A stretch of 64,000 nt of DNA from an uncultured delta proteobacterium (GTDB lineage: Bacteria > Desulfobacterota > Zymogenia > Zymogenales > Zymogenaceae). The stretch spans positions 768,001-832,000 of the forward strand of contig CAVTLK010000001.1 of assembly GCA_963735595.1 (NCBI GenBank), written 5' to 3'. The number at the start of each line of letters is the position of its first letter. Position 1 is the first letter of the stretch. The notes under the pieces were generated by a model. It did not search any database and was not told where the DNA came from. It saw only the letters and a program-made list of their open reading frames with translations. Position numbers and translations under genes: made by a program. Below are positions 1-10,394 of the stretch, piece by piece.

Positions 1-2
1 AG

Positions 3-656
3 AATGAATCGTTCCAGTCGTTCAAGGGGGGCGCCGCAGGGATCATGATGATCCTGCTTCCCGTGTTGATGATCGTTGCCTACGCATTGCACCCGAACCT
101 GTTGAGTCTCGAGGTGATGAGCCGGGCGTCCGAGATGATCGGAAATTTCCACGGCAATACTCTATGGAAAATAGGCCACCTCCTGATGGTCTGCGCGATT
201 CCCCTGATCATCGGTGTGACGCTGTCACTCGCGGGGCTCATCAGGGGCAAGGCGGACGGGCTCGCCCTTATCGGTTCTGTCCTTTCCATCATCGGCGCCG
301 TCGTGTTGGCACTGGATAAGGGCGCATATTTTCTCGTGCCGTCCGCCTTTGATGTCCTTCCCGAAGATGTCCTCTTTTCTCTGGAACCGGGTATCCAGGC
401 GATGATAGATCGGGCGGGCTTTATGGCGATCGTGTGGCTGCTGCCGCTGATCTCCATCGGCCTTATCCTGATCGCGGTCGGCCTCATCAAGACGAACGTT
501 GTTCCGAGGCGGCAGAGTATTCTCATCGTCATCGGGCTGGTTCTCCTGATCAACCCGGATATCGATATTATCTCGCTTGTCGCATCGGTCTTTCTCCTGC
601 TGGGATTAACGCCGGTCGGTATCGGTTTTCTTTCGGGGAAGTACAAGGTCGGATGA
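3..656 (+). CDS. Multi-pass membrane protein of unknown function (frame open at the left edge; may start at ATG 45)
   Basis: ORF 45..656 has 5-6 hydrophobic segments; the frame has no stop back to position 3. Confidence 0.7.
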   Translation, partial: NESFQSFKGGAAGIMMILLPVLMIVAYALHPNLLSLEVMSRASEMIGNFHGNTLWKIGHLLMVCAIPLIIGVTLSLAGLIRGKADGLALIGSVLSIIGAVVLALDKGAYFLVPSAFDVLPEDVLFSLEPGIQAMIDRAGFMAIVWLLPLISIGLILIAVGLIKTNVVPRRQSILIVIGLVLLINPDIDIISLVASVFLLLGLTPVGIGFLSGKYKVG

Positions 657-840
657 AAGATAACGTCGGCTACCGCGGCTCTCATCGGATTTCCCGGTGC
701 GTCAGTCGATCTCTCTTTACCGGTCGGTTCCCGACGCCCGGTAGCTAAATAGGCGATTCCATTTAGACGATGCATGTGATACTATTTAACAACGCAACGC
801 CCGCCGGACATATCGATCCGGCGGGCCTTCGGAACAAACG

Positions 841-2211
841 ATGAACCCGAGAGACGAAACGATCCTCGCAATCCTCAAACGCTACGTGGTCCCCGCTCTC
901 GGCTGCACCGAGCCGGTGAGCGTGGCCCTGGCCTCGGCCGCCGCCGCCCGCGCGCTCGGCGCACCGCCGGAGCGGATCACGCTCACGCTTGACCGCTACA
1001 TACTCAGAAACGCCATCGCGGTGGGCGTGCCCGGCACGGGCAGCCGCGGCGTGGCCGTTGCGGCGGCCCTCGGAGCCTTCGCCGGCAACCCCGACCGGGC
1101 CCTCATGGTGATCGAGGGCGCTCCCCCCGCCGATATACGGCGGGCCCGCGCCTTTGTGGAAGAAAAGCGGATCGTCATCTCCGTCAAGCCGGACGCCCCC
1201 GGCATCTATATCAGGGCCGAGATGACGGGCGGCGGCCATTCTGCGTCGGCCGTCATCGAGGGGACCCACGACCACCTCGTCGCGGTGGAGCGCGACGGGG
1301 AATCGCTGTTTATTGACGAGGGTGCCCCATCCCAAGAGGAGGCCTGGTTCGGGACCTTCTCTGATATGACCATAGCCGATGCCGAACAGTTCGCCCGATC
1401 GATCCCCCTTTCCGAGATCGAGTTCATGGCAGAGGGCCTTACCCTGACCGCCCACGCACGGGACGTGGGCCTTGCCGAGAAGGCGGGGCTCGGGTATGCC
1501 GCTGATCTGACGGCACTTTCCGGCGGATATGGCCGGGCAAACGTCATCGCCCGCGCCAGGGTAGAGGCCGCCGCGGCCTCCGGCGCGCGGATGGCGGGCC
1601 TGCCGGTGCCGGTCACCTCGAGCTTCGGCAGCGGTAACCAGGGAATTGTCATAAACGCCGCTATTGGAAGCGTCGCCCGGCAGCAGGGATATCTGGTGTC
1701 CCCTCCCCGGCCTGCCGACCCAGGGGGAAAGGAGAGAACAGCGGAGGCAGACTCGATAGCGCCGGAGTTCAGGGAAAACGTCCTTCGCGCCCTGTGCCTG
1801 GCCCACCTGGTCACCGGCATCACCAAGACCTACACCGGGATACTCTCCCCCTACTGCGAGGCGGCGGTGACCACCGCCGGCGCCGCGGCCGCCGGCTGCG
1901 TCCGCCTCCTGGGAGGCACGGTTGCCGATATGGAAAACGCGTTCCAATTGACGGTGGCCGCAACCGAGGGGGTGTTCTGCGACGGCGCCAAGGAGTCCTG
2001 CGCCCTCAAGACCTCGATGGGCGCGGGCGCCGCGGTAGAAAACGCGTATCTCTCCCTCGCGGGAAACCACGCCCCGCGCGGCATGGGGATCGTGGGGGCG
2101 GACTTTTTAGGGACGCTCAGGAACTTCCGCCGCCTGGCAAAGGAGATTAAGCTGGACGACGTGATATTGAAGATGCTCGTTGAGCGGGATAACGACTCGA
2201 ACCGGGATTGA
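841..2211 (+). CDS. L-cysteine desulfidase / serine dehydratase alpha-like family (YhaM/CyuA/CdsB type)
   Basis: Family motifs PALGCTEP, GSGNQG and CDGAKESCALK. Confidence 0.85.
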   Translation: MNPRDETILAILKRYVVPALGCTEPVSVALASAAAARALGAPPERITLTLDRYILRNAIAVGVPGTGSRGVAVAAALGAFAGNPDRALMVIEGAPPADIRRARAFVEEKRIVISVKPDAPGIYIRAEMTGGGHSASAVIEGTHDHLVAVERDGESLFIDEGAPSQEEAWFGTFSDMTIADAEQFARSIPLSEIEFMAEGLTLTAHARDVGLAEKAGLGYAADLTALSGGYGRANVIARARVEAAAASGARMAGLPVPVTSSFGSGNQGIVINAAIGSVARQQGYLVSPPRPADPGGKERTAEADSIAPEFRENVLRALCLAHLVTGITKTYTGILSPYCEAAVTTAGAAAAGCVRLLGGTVADMENAFQLTVAATEGVFCDGAKESCALKTSMGAGAAVENAYLSLAGNHAPRGMGIVGADFLGTLRNFRRLAKEIKLDDVILKMLVERDNDSNRD

Positions 2212-2255
2212 GATAAGCTCCCCGGTCCGTCATCCAATGGGGTATTTCATCAGTT

Positions 2256-2334
2256 TTCACCACAAAGACACGAAGACACAAAGAGAGAAAAATACGGTAG
2301 TATCCCTCTAGTGCCTTTGTGCCTTTGTGATTAA
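2256..2334. repeat. Family-A palindromic repeat (arms built of 8-nt CAC(A/G)AAG(A/G) units)
   Basis: TTCACCACAAAGACACGAAGACACAAAG ... CTAGTGCCTTTGTGCCTTTGTGATTAA; the same arms recur near 27.0, 40.3 and 45.0 kb. Confidence 0.85.
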
Positions 2335-2397
2335 TACCTTCCAGGTTCTTGGAAAAATACGTAAGAAACGCGAAGATACCCATTACGGAGCCGCCCA

Positions 2398-3464
2398 TGA
2401 CGCGAATCATCAAAAAGGTCTCCCTCAAGACCGGCCTTCCGCCCGGCTCCCTCGTCCACATCGGCCAGCCGCGGGCCAAGAAGACCGGGGTCTCCATCAT
2501 CGACTATAATCAGGATAGCGTATACCGAGACGCCGGACGCCTCTCGTGGCGGAATGCCGCTCGTGCATGGCGACAGACACCGTCACATGGATCAACGTCT
2601 CCGGCATCCACGAGGTCCCGGTCCTCGAGGAGATCGGTGTCGCCTTTGACTTGCACCCGCTGGTGATGGAAGACATCATGAACACGGCCCAGCGGCCCAA
2701 GATGGAGACAGTACGACCGGTACATCTATATCGTCATGAAGATGGCCTACGAGGACGAGCGGACCGACGAGATCGTCGAGGAGCAGGTCAGTATCGTGCT
2801 GGGAGACACCTACGTCATCTCCTTTCAGGAAAACGGCAAAGACGTCTTTGACAAGATCAGGCAGCGTATCAAGAAGGCCGGCGGCCTCATCAGGAAATCG
2901 GGGGCGGACTTCTTAGCCTACGCGTTGATAGACGCAGTGGTTGACGGCTACTTCGACGTGATCGAGCGGTTCGAGGAGATGATCGAGTTCCTGGAGGACA
3001 AGGTCGTCGCCGATCCCTCCCCCGCGAACCTCTCGATCATCCACGACACCAAGATGGAAACGATCATGCTCAGGAAGTCGATTTCGCCCCTGCGCGAGAT
3101 GATCGGCTTTTTGGAGCGCGGGGAGTCCCCGCTGATCAAGCGCGAGACGGTCGTCTACCTGCGCGACGTCTACGACCATACGGTGCGCCTCATCGAGACG
3201 GTCGAGACGATACGGGATATGCTCTCGGGCATGCTCGACATCTACCTGACCAACGTCAGCAACCGGATGAACGAGATCATGAAGGTCTTGACGATCATCA
3301 CGACGATCTTCATCCCGCTGTCGTTCATCACCGGGATCTACGGTATGAACTTCCAGCACATGCCGGGATTGGCAAATCCGTGGGGCTTCCCCTCCATCCT
3401 CGGGGTGATGGGAGTCGTCTTCCTCCTGATGCTGCTCTTCTTCAAGCGCAAGCGGTGGATGTGA
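2398..3464 (+). CDS. corA: Magnesium/cobalt transporter CorA (two frameshifts, ~2540 and ~2710)
   Basis: N-terminal KTGLPPGSLVHIG, then LHPLVMEDIMNTAQRPK, then the GMN motif (YGMNF), spread over three frames. Confidence 0.9.
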
Positions 3465-3525
3465 GTCGTTGCCACGCTCCGCCGGTAGACGCTCGGTCCC
3501 CGCTTCCGTTACACTACCATACCAT

Positions 3526-3561
3526 CAAATAGAAACCCCTTCTCTTTCGGGAAGGGGTTTC
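3526..3561. terminator. Intrinsic terminator-like hairpin
   Basis: GAAACCCCTTC-TCTTTCGG-GAAGGGGTTTC downstream of corA; short T-run on the minus strand. Confidence 0.6.
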
Positions 3562-3586
3562 GTCATCGCGCTTCTTATCTTGGTAT

Positions 3587-3712
3587 CTACGGCGTGATCT
3601 CGCCGTCCGGGATATCCGTCCACACCGGGCCGGTCGTCACGTAGCTGCCCACGTCGTAGCTGCCCGACCACGGCCCGCCGAAGGGAGTATAGATGTTGAC
3701 CGACCAGTCCAC
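3587..3712 (-). pseudogene. 41-codon orphan ORF or C-terminal gene remnant (VDWSVNIYTPFGGPWSGSYDVGSYVTTGPVWTDIPDGEITP*)
   Basis: Manual translation; GC-ending codons typical of real genes here; ends just before the hairpin at 3526-3561; GTG start only. Confidence 0.45.
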
Positions 3713-3837
3713 CCTGCTCCCCTGCCGCGGCGCTTCGGCCTTTCGCGCCGCACGTCCCCGGCACGTTTTGTGGTTGAAACGCCGGCCCCGCTATACTATA
3801 GTCGGGTAACACCAAGCCAACCAAAAGGTATGACGAC

Positions 3838-4615
3838 ATGATCTCGAAAAAGATAGACACTGCCGCCTGCGGCATCCTCTTCTCTCTGATGGTGATTGCC
3901 ACGCTGCTCGTCCCGTCGGCCCTGGGACCGTACCGCTGGGCGCTGGTCGCGCCGCTCGTCCTTGCCGTCGTCTTCTTCCGTCTCCGATTCCCGGCGCTCT
4001 TCGGACCCTCTCTCTTCCTGCTGCTGTGCTACCTCTTCCGTCTCGCACCCGCTGCCGCCGTTGAGCTTTTTGCTCATCATCCCCATCGCGATCTATTCCG
4101 CGGTCGTCCTTTTCACCCCGTCCATCCGGCGCGAGACCGGCTGGCTGAAGTGGGGCGCTGTCACGCCGCGGCTCATCGCCGGCTCGCTGGTCGTGGTCGT
4201 CCTGAGCTCGGCCGCGCTTATCCTCTGGTACCGCGTCGTCCAGCCGGACATCGCGGCCTTCACGCGGTTCATCCCTCAGTGGCCCCTTCCGCTGCTGTTG
4301 CTCGGCGGGCTGGGTTTTGCGATCCTCAACGGAGTCGTCGAGGAGGTGATCTTCCGCGGGATCGTGTGGGACGGCATCGCGGCGCTTGTTCCCGCCCCCT
4401 TTGTCCTGCTGACCGTCCAGGCCCTCTTCTTCGGCACGGCGCACTTCTGGGGCGTTCCCAGCGGTGTCATCGGGGCGGTCCTCGCGACGATCTATGGGAT
4501 CATGCTCGGGATAATCAGGATGCGCGGGGGGGGGCTCTTGATGGCGGTCGTTACCCACGTCTTCGCGGACATTGTCATCTTCTGCATCCTCCTTGACATC
4601 GTCGGGAGAATCTGA
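3838..4615 (+). CDS. CPBP/CAAX-family intramembrane protease (frameshift ~4050)
   Basis: EEVIFRG, FGTAH and HVFAD motifs; the N-terminus is in the 3838 frame and the rest in the 3896 frame. Confidence 0.85.
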
Positions 4616-4671
4616 AGACGGCGGGCGGGGGTGCGGTTCACCCCGAAAGGCCGGGGCGTTAAAGGTACCGC

Positions 4672-4995
4672 CTATCCCATGAGGAACTTCAGCAGGAGGA
4701 TAACGCCCATCCCCCCGATAACGGTGATAATCAGGTTTTTGGTAATAACGGCGATGACGGTCGCCGCGATCCCCGCCAGGAGATAGGGATTGGTATAGGT
4801 GAGGTCGAGGCGCTTTTCGGGGGCGGCGAGCATCGGGAAGATAATGGCCGCCAGCACCGCGACCGGGACGTAGGAGAGCCAGCGGACCACGAAGGGGGGG
4901 AGCCGGTCGCCCTTCATGCCGACGATAAAAAGCACCCGGGTCAGGTAGGTGACCACCCCCATCCCCAGGAGCGTGATGATAACCTTAGCGCTCAT
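4672..4995 (-). CDS. azlD: Branched-chain amino acid exporter small subunit AzlD
   Basis: VTYLTR and LSYVPVAVLAA motifs; overlaps azlC. Confidence 0.85.
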   Translation of the reverse strand: MSAKVIITLLGMGVVTYLTRVLFIVGMKGDRLPPFVVRWLSYVPVAVLAAIIFPMLAAPEKRLDLTYTNPYLLAGIAATVIAVITKNLIITVIGGMGVILLLKFLMG

Positions 4996-5719
4996 CGCGC
5001 GTCACCAGTGCGCCCGCGAGGCTTGCGGAGATCCCCGTGATGAGGATGTACCAGCTCCCCGTGAACGCGAGATACGAGCCGACCGAAAGCACCGCCGCTA
5101 CCAGCAGCACGAAGATATCCCCCTTCCCCTTTATCTGGGGAACCAGAAGCCCGATGAATGCGGCGGCCGCCGCGAAATCGAGCCCGAACTCCTTGGGGTC
5201 GCCCAGGATGTTGCCGAAGAGCGCGCCGACCAGCGTGCCGAGATTCCACGACAAAAAGACGGCAATCCCCGACCCGATCATGTAGTCCCGAATCGAGCCG
5301 CCTTTCCCCTTCTCTGCGTAGGCCGTGGCCATGGCAAACGACTCGTCGATGAGGAAATAGGAGGCCGCCGCCTTCCCCAAGAGCCCGTGTTCGGTGAACC
5401 TCCGGGCGATGGAGGCCCCCATGATCATATGGCGCATGTTGATGATGAAGGTGGTGCCGATAATCGCGAGCGGGCTTACCCCCGCCGCAAACAGGGGCAG
5501 CGACGCGAACTGGCTCATGCCGGCAAGGACGATGACGCACGACAGCGACGCTTCGAGCACCGTCAATCCGGACTGAACCGCCAGGACGCCGTAGACCAGG
5601 CCGAAGGCCAGCACCGACACCATCACGGGGACCGATTCCGCAAAGCCCTTCCATATTTGCCGCCGGTCAAAAGCCGGACTGTCTGGATTGTTTGTATTCC
5701 CGTCCAATACGCAAACCAT
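4985..5719 (-). CDS. azlC: Branched-chain amino acid exporter AzlC
   Basis: AGMSQF, NMRH and LIDESFA motifs. Confidence 0.88.
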   Translation of the reverse strand: MVCVLDGNTNNPDSPAFDRRQIWKGFAESVPVMVSVLAFGLVYGVLAVQSGLTVLEASLSCVIVLAGMSQFASLPLFAAGVSPLAIIGTTFIINMRHMIMGASIARRFTEHGLLGKAAASYFLIDESFAMATAYAEKGKGGSIRDYMIGSGIAVFLSWNLGTLVGALFGNILGDPKEFGLDFAAAAAFIGLLVPQIKGKGDIFVLLVAAVLSVGSYLAFTGSWYILITGISASLAGALVTRDER

Positions 5720-5804
5720 AAGCGGTAGGTAAATTAGTTTATTATATCCTATGAGGTTGTGTTACTCAAGCCTTTTCACTTTCCCGCGCGGGACGAAATA
5801 GTCC

Positions 5805-5837
5805 TTGACAATCCAAGTATACGTTAGTATCACTAAC
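5805..5837 (+). promoter_or_regulatory. Putative sigma70 promoter with an overlapping operator-like palindrome
   Basis: TTGACA-17 bp-TATCAC; inverted repeat GTTAGT-ATC-ACTAAC at 5823-5837. Confidence 0.45.
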
Positions 5838-5888
5838 CTGTACGGGGCCGTAGTTTCCTATCTATCATAATAGTAATAGGGGGATGAT

Positions 5889-7413
5889 ATGACGATCGGC
5901 AATCTCGTTTCCCGAAACGCGATCCAGTACCCGGACCGCGAGGCGCTTGTTTTCGAGAAGACACGCTATACCTGGTCTGACCTCAACCAGCGGGTAAACC
6001 GGCTGGCCAACTCGCTGCTCTCACTCGGTCTCAAGAAGGGAGACAAGGTGGCGATGCTGGCGGAGAACATCCCGGCTATGGTGGAGGCCAACTACGCGCT
6101 GGCAAAGATCGGCGTTGTCTACTTCCCGGTCAAAACGAGGCTCCTTGCCCCCGACATCCAATACCTCATCGACCTCTCCGACGCTAAAGCCCTCATCTTT
6201 CACGACGAGTTCGCAGAGATAGTCGCCGGCATGAAGGCAAGCCTGCCTAAAGTCAAGACGTATATCGAGGTGGGAAAAAAGGTAGAAAGCTTCGCCCTCG
6301 ACTACGAAACGTTCCTCAAGAAGGGTTCCCCCGAGGAGCCGGCGGTCCAGGTCGACGGGAAAGACCACTACATCTTCCTATGCACCGGCGGGACGACCGG
6401 GGTCAGCAAGCTGGCGATGCTCTCCCACGAAAACGCCCTATGGGCGGCTTTTACGACCGTCAACGCCTTGTCGCTCTCGCCGGCGGATACGGGGATTCAG
6501 GTGCTGCCCCTGTTCCACGTCATCATCAACAACTGCCTCAACTCCCTGTTGGCCGCCGGCGCGCGGGTGGTGCTCCAGCACCGCTTTGACCCGGTGGTAT
6601 ACATGCGGAATGTTTCTGAGGAGAAAGTTACCGTCGCCATGGTAGTGCCGCCCTTCCTCTTTAACTGGATCATGGGGGTACCGGAGGCGATCGCCTACGA
6701 CGTGAGCCACGTGAGGGTATTTGCCACCGCAGCCGCCACTTTCCCCGGATGAGCTGAAAAAGGACGTGAAGAAGTACATGCCCAACGCCGGGCTCTTCTA
6801 CACGTATGGTTTGACCGAGTCGTCGGGCGGCAACGCCACCGTTCTCCCCGACGCGATGATGTTTAAGAAGGCAGGGTCAATCGGCGTAATCAACCCCGTG
6901 CTCTCCTATCGGATCGTCGACGACCAGGGAAACGACGTAAAAATTGGCGATCCCGGCGAACTCCTCCTGAAGGGGCCGTCGGTCATATCGGGTTACTATA
7001 AACGGGATGATGAAACGAAAAAGACCTTTGTGGACGGGTGGCTCTATACGGGAGACGTTGTGAGGCGGGACAAGGAGGGATTCCTCTATTTTGTTGACCG
7101 CAGAAAAGATATGATCAAGACCGGGGGCGAAAACGTCTTCGCAAAGGAAGTCGAGGACGCCTTCCTGACCCACCCGGCCGTGCAGGAGGCCGCCGTCTTC
7201 GGCCTGCCCGATCCCAAATGGGGGGAGATGATTCACGCGGCCGTCGTCCTGAAGCCGGGCCAGGCCGCCACCGAGGACGAGCTGTTTGCCTACGCCAAGG
7301 AGAAGCTGCCCGGCTATAAGCGGCCCAAGGTGATCTATTTCCTGCCGGCGCTGCCGAGAAACCCGTCCGGCAAGGTCCTCAAATACAAGATGAAGGAAGA
7401 CTATCAGAAGTAA
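5889..7413 (+). CDS. Long-chain acyl-CoA synthetase / AMP-dependent ligase (frameshift ~6745)
   Basis: TGGTTGVSK P-loop, YGLTE, GWLYTGD and PRNPSGK; the halves join if one C is removed from CCCC at 6743-6746. Confidence 0.9.
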
Positions 7414-7441
7414 TAGACTGTCATACAAATCCGTACGAGAT

Positions 7442-7473
7442 AAGAACCGGAGGGAATATTCCCTCCGGTTCTT
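7442..7473. terminator. Hairpin terminator between convergent genes
   Basis: AAGAACCGGAGGGA-ATAT-TCCCTCCGGTTCTT, a perfect stem. Confidence 0.75.
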
Positions 7474-7578
7474 GATTGTGTCGCATAAAAATATATCGCA
7501 GGACATCAGGCCGCGGCACGAGTAGCCGCAGGAATACCCGCGACGCGGTATAACGATATAGCGACCCGGCGTCGTCCG

Positions 7579-8205
7579 TCAATCGGCCAGCGTATCCAAC
7601 TCCCGCACGAGATCCTCGATAGGCGGCCGCTTGTTTATATCGTGTACGTCGATGTAGCGGATAATCCCCTTCTTGTCGATCACGAAGAGCGCCCGTTCCG
7701 ATGTCCCATCGGTCCTCAGCACGCCGTAGAGCTCGGCGGTCTTCCCGTGGGGCCAGAAGTCGGAAAGGACCGGGAACCAGACTCTTCCCGTCCCGGTGTC
7801 CATTTCGTGGGTCCATGCGAACAGCGTTGGGATATTGTCTACCGTGATACCCAGAAGGATCGCGTCGCGCTCGTCGAAGAGCTCCCTGAAGGCGTTGTAG
7901 CCCGGCCATTGATCGGAGCAGACCGGCGTCCACGCCGCGGGGACAAACGAGATGACGACGTTCTTTTTGCCCCTGAAAGACGACAGCGTGACCGTCTCCC
8001 CGCTAACCGACGGCAGCGTAAAATCGGGGGCCCGGTCGCCCACCGCCACCCGCAATACGCTGTCGGTCGGCTTAAGCTGCCCCGGGTCATAGATGCTGCC
8101 GGCAAACGCGCCCGATTCCGCCAGGGAGACTCCCGCGGCCGCGAGGAAAATGAGCGCCGTAAACAGCCAAACAAAACCGGTATCTGCGTATCGTATCCTG
8201 GTCAT
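7579..8205 (-). CDS. Exported peroxiredoxin (AhpE/BCP-like)
   Basis: PAAWTPVC peroxidatic motif, LSDFWPHG and ERALFVID; N-terminal hydrophobic signal. Confidence 0.85.
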   Translation of the reverse strand: MTRIRYADTGFVWLFTALIFLAAAGVSLAESGAFAGSIYDPGQLKPTDSVLRVAVGDRAPDFTLPSVSGETVTLSSFRGKKNVVISFVPAAWTPVCSDQWPGYNAFRELFDERDAILLGITVDNIPTLFAWTHEMDTGTGRVWFPVLSDFWPHGKTAELYGVLRTDGTSERALFVIDKKGIIRYIDVHDINKRPPIEDLVRELDTLAD

Positions 8206-8214
8206 GAGCACCCC

Positions 8215-8826
8215 CTATCGCAGGGAAGAGAGCATGGTTATAAAGGACCCAACGTCCTTGATCCTGCCGAGCTGGGTATATGCCACGGTTGCCTTCCCGC
8301 CGGCGATCGTAAACACGATATAGGTCGGCGTTTGCCGGATATCCAGCAGCTCCAGGACGGTATATTCGCCGTCCGGAAAGAGCGGAAACGGGATGTGGTA
8401 TTTCTTCTTAAAGATGCCTACCTCGTATTTCGAATTACCGACGCCGATGCCGATCATCCTGACCTGTTTCGAGAGGCGTGAATCCTTCTTGATACTATCG
8501 AAAAGGTCCACGGTTGCCGGCGCATCCGCCTGGCAGTGCGGGCAGTACATGCTGAAGAATTCGACCACGACGACGTCGGCTTTGATGTCTCCGGTCGTAA
8601 AGGTCTTTCCGCCCCCAATCCCCAGGTAATCCCGGTCGCCTCGGCTGTCTGGCGTTTGCAGCGTGATCGCGGGAAACGAATCGCCTACCGACGGGATAGC
8701 TCCTGCGGGTTGTGAAAAAAGCACCGCCAGTGAAAGAGCGACAATATACGGACTAAGGACTCTTAATCGAGAATAAAAGTGTCTCATCGTTTGGGTATCC
8801 TTTTTGCTGTTACCGATGATACGCAT
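8215..8826 (-). CDS. TlpA-like exported thiol:disulfide oxidoreductase
   Basis: FSMYCPHC motif, cis-Pro TP motif and a signal-like segment. Confidence 0.8.
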   Translation of the reverse strand: MRIIGNSKKDTQTMRHFYSRLRVLSPYIVALSLAVLFSQPAGAIPSVGDSFPAITLQTPDSRGDRDYLGIGGGKTFTTGDIKADVVVVEFFSMYCPHCQADAPATVDLFDSIKKDSRLSKQVRMIGIGVGNSKYEVGIFKKKYHIPFPLFPDGEYTVLELLDIRQTPTYIVFTIAGGKATVAYTQLGRIKDVGSFITMLSSLR

Positions 8827-9359
8827 TAAGCACCGTCCAGCCCTCCCCGCTCGTGCTCCCGGAACCAGGACGAGGGGTCCGTCAGGTAGAGCTTGGCGTC
8901 TTCCAGGATCGTGTGATGGCTCTTCTCTTCGACGATCATCCTGCCGATGAATTCCCTCTCGATCGTATCTCCGGCTGCCGCAAGGGCACGCTCATAGAAC
9001 GCCACCGACCCCAGCTCGAAATCAATACCGACCTCAAGGGCCTGGATATCTCCGGCGTCCGCGGTTGTCCGGGAATGGTGTTTGCGCGCCAAATCCGCGA
9101 AGAAACCCGTAAGGTCGCCGTGGGAGAAGTCGTGCGCCTTCCATTCGGCGTTCCATGCGCTGCCTTTCGCGAGCGCGTTACAAATTTCGACGATCCGCGT
9201 GATATGGATATCCTCGTCGCGCTTGAGGGTCTGGAAGACCTCTCTGCCGATCTCATTGCGGCAGCTGACGGCGGCCTTTTCGTAGAAATCCTTGCCCTTC
9301 TTTTCCATTTCGAGGGCCTTATCCAGCATCGCCAGTGACGACTCCGACAAATTGCCCAT
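8826..9359 (-). CDS. Ferritin-like / rubrerythrin-family diiron protein
   Basis: ALEMEKKGKDFY, DEDIH and EEKSH (paired ExxH motifs). Confidence 0.85.
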   Translation of the reverse strand: MGNLSESSLAMLDKALEMEKKGKDFYEKAAVSCRNEIGREVFQTLKRDEDIHITRIVEICNALAKGSAWNAEWKAHDFSHGDLTGFFADLARKHHSRTTADAGDIQALEVGIDFELGSVAFYERALAAAGDTIEREFIGRMIVEEKSHHTILEDAKLYLTDPSSWFREHERGGLDGA

Positions 9360-9440
9360 CTGTCGTGCTCCATAAAGGGTTAGCCGTGATGATTCGAATC
9401 AACCCTCCCGTCGGGGTCAACCCGGCCGACGGCGCGTGAT

Positions 9441-9818
9441 CTACCCTCTCCACAGGCCGTGCAGGTTGCAGTACTCGCGCACGGTATATGCGCCATCGGG
9501 AACGCAGAAAGCCGCCTCCGGCGCATCGCCCGGCTTGAGGAATGTGCGGTACGCCTTGCCCTGTTCGTCGATGATCTCGATCCACTCGATGTAGTGTTTT
9601 TCCTCCATCGGATGGGCAACGCTCCCGACCTTTACCAGCAGCCCGTCGGGCGTCTTCTCTGTAACCGGAACATGTTTTTCCTTGGCGGCATCCACGCTGT
9701 TTTCCACCTGGAGGTTCATGGGCTGCCCGCAGCATACCAGCTGCCCGCCTCCCGCGTGAACCACCTCCACGATGTTTCCGCAGATACTGCACGTATAGAT
9801 CTCGAGTCTCTTAGCCAT
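9441..9818 (-). CDS. dfx: Desulfoferrodoxin (superoxide reductase)
   Basis: [24 protein letters not shown] and CNLHG. Confidence 0.97.
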   Translation of the reverse strand: MAKRLEIYTCSICGNIVEVVHAGGGQLVCCGQPMNLQVENSVDAAKEKHVPVTEKTPDGLLVKVGSVAHPMEEKHYIEWIEIIDEQGKAYRTFLKPGDAPEAAFCVPDGAYTVREYCNLHGLWRG

Positions 9819-9886
9819 CTGTCTCTATCCTCAATTATAAATCGAAATAAAAGCGCCACGGCGCGAGAGCCGCGGTAGAAATCAGT

Positions 9887-10303
9887 TTACCGGGGTTCTA
9901 TGATTCCCTTGATATTGACAAAGACGGCCCCCCCGTCTTCCCTTGTCTGGTACCAGACGAGCGCCTTTTTGGCCGGGCCGCCGGTTACCAGGCCCTTGGC
10001 GTCGAACGCCGAGTCGTGGCAGGGGCAGAGGTACGTCCCGTCCGCCCGCCGGTCAACAACGCATCCTAAGTGCGTGCATTTAGCGCTCATAGCCTGGAAT
10101 CCGGTCTCAGTTTTAAGAACGTAGAGCTTCTCGTCCTTGAAAAGCTTCGGTTGCCCAACGGTGTAATCGCTCGATTTGCCCGCCGGTATCCACTTCTCGC
10201 CGGAACCGGCTCCGTACACCACCGGGGACCTTCCCACTCCCAGGGCCGCCGCTACCGCCAGCAGCGTTCCCAGAAAACCGCGTCGTGATACTCCGTTCGT
10301 CAT
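9887..10303 (-). CDS. Tat-exported Rieske [2Fe-2S] protein
   Basis: SRRGFL twin-arginine signal; CTHLGC and CPCH boxes. Confidence 0.92.
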   Translation of the reverse strand: MTNGVSRRGFLGTLLAVAAALGVGRSPVVYGAGSGEKWIPAGKSSDYTVGQPKLFKDEKLYVLKTETGFQAMSAKCTHLGCVVDRRADGTYLCPCHDSAFDAKGLVTGGPAKKALVWYQTREDGGAVFVNIKGIIEPR

Positions 10304-10394
10304 GCCTGCCTCCTAAAAAGGTAAATAGTGACGTGTATGAGCGCCTCTCATATCGATACCGGGTATTGTGGCCCGTTCTCGCCGATAGGTCCCG

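Noticed and set aside
6750..6752. Selenocysteine readthrough at the TGA in the acyl-CoA synthetase (likewise 34873 in gamma-CA)
   Set aside because: The protein continues in a different frame, so these are frameshifts and not in-frame UGA at a Cys position.
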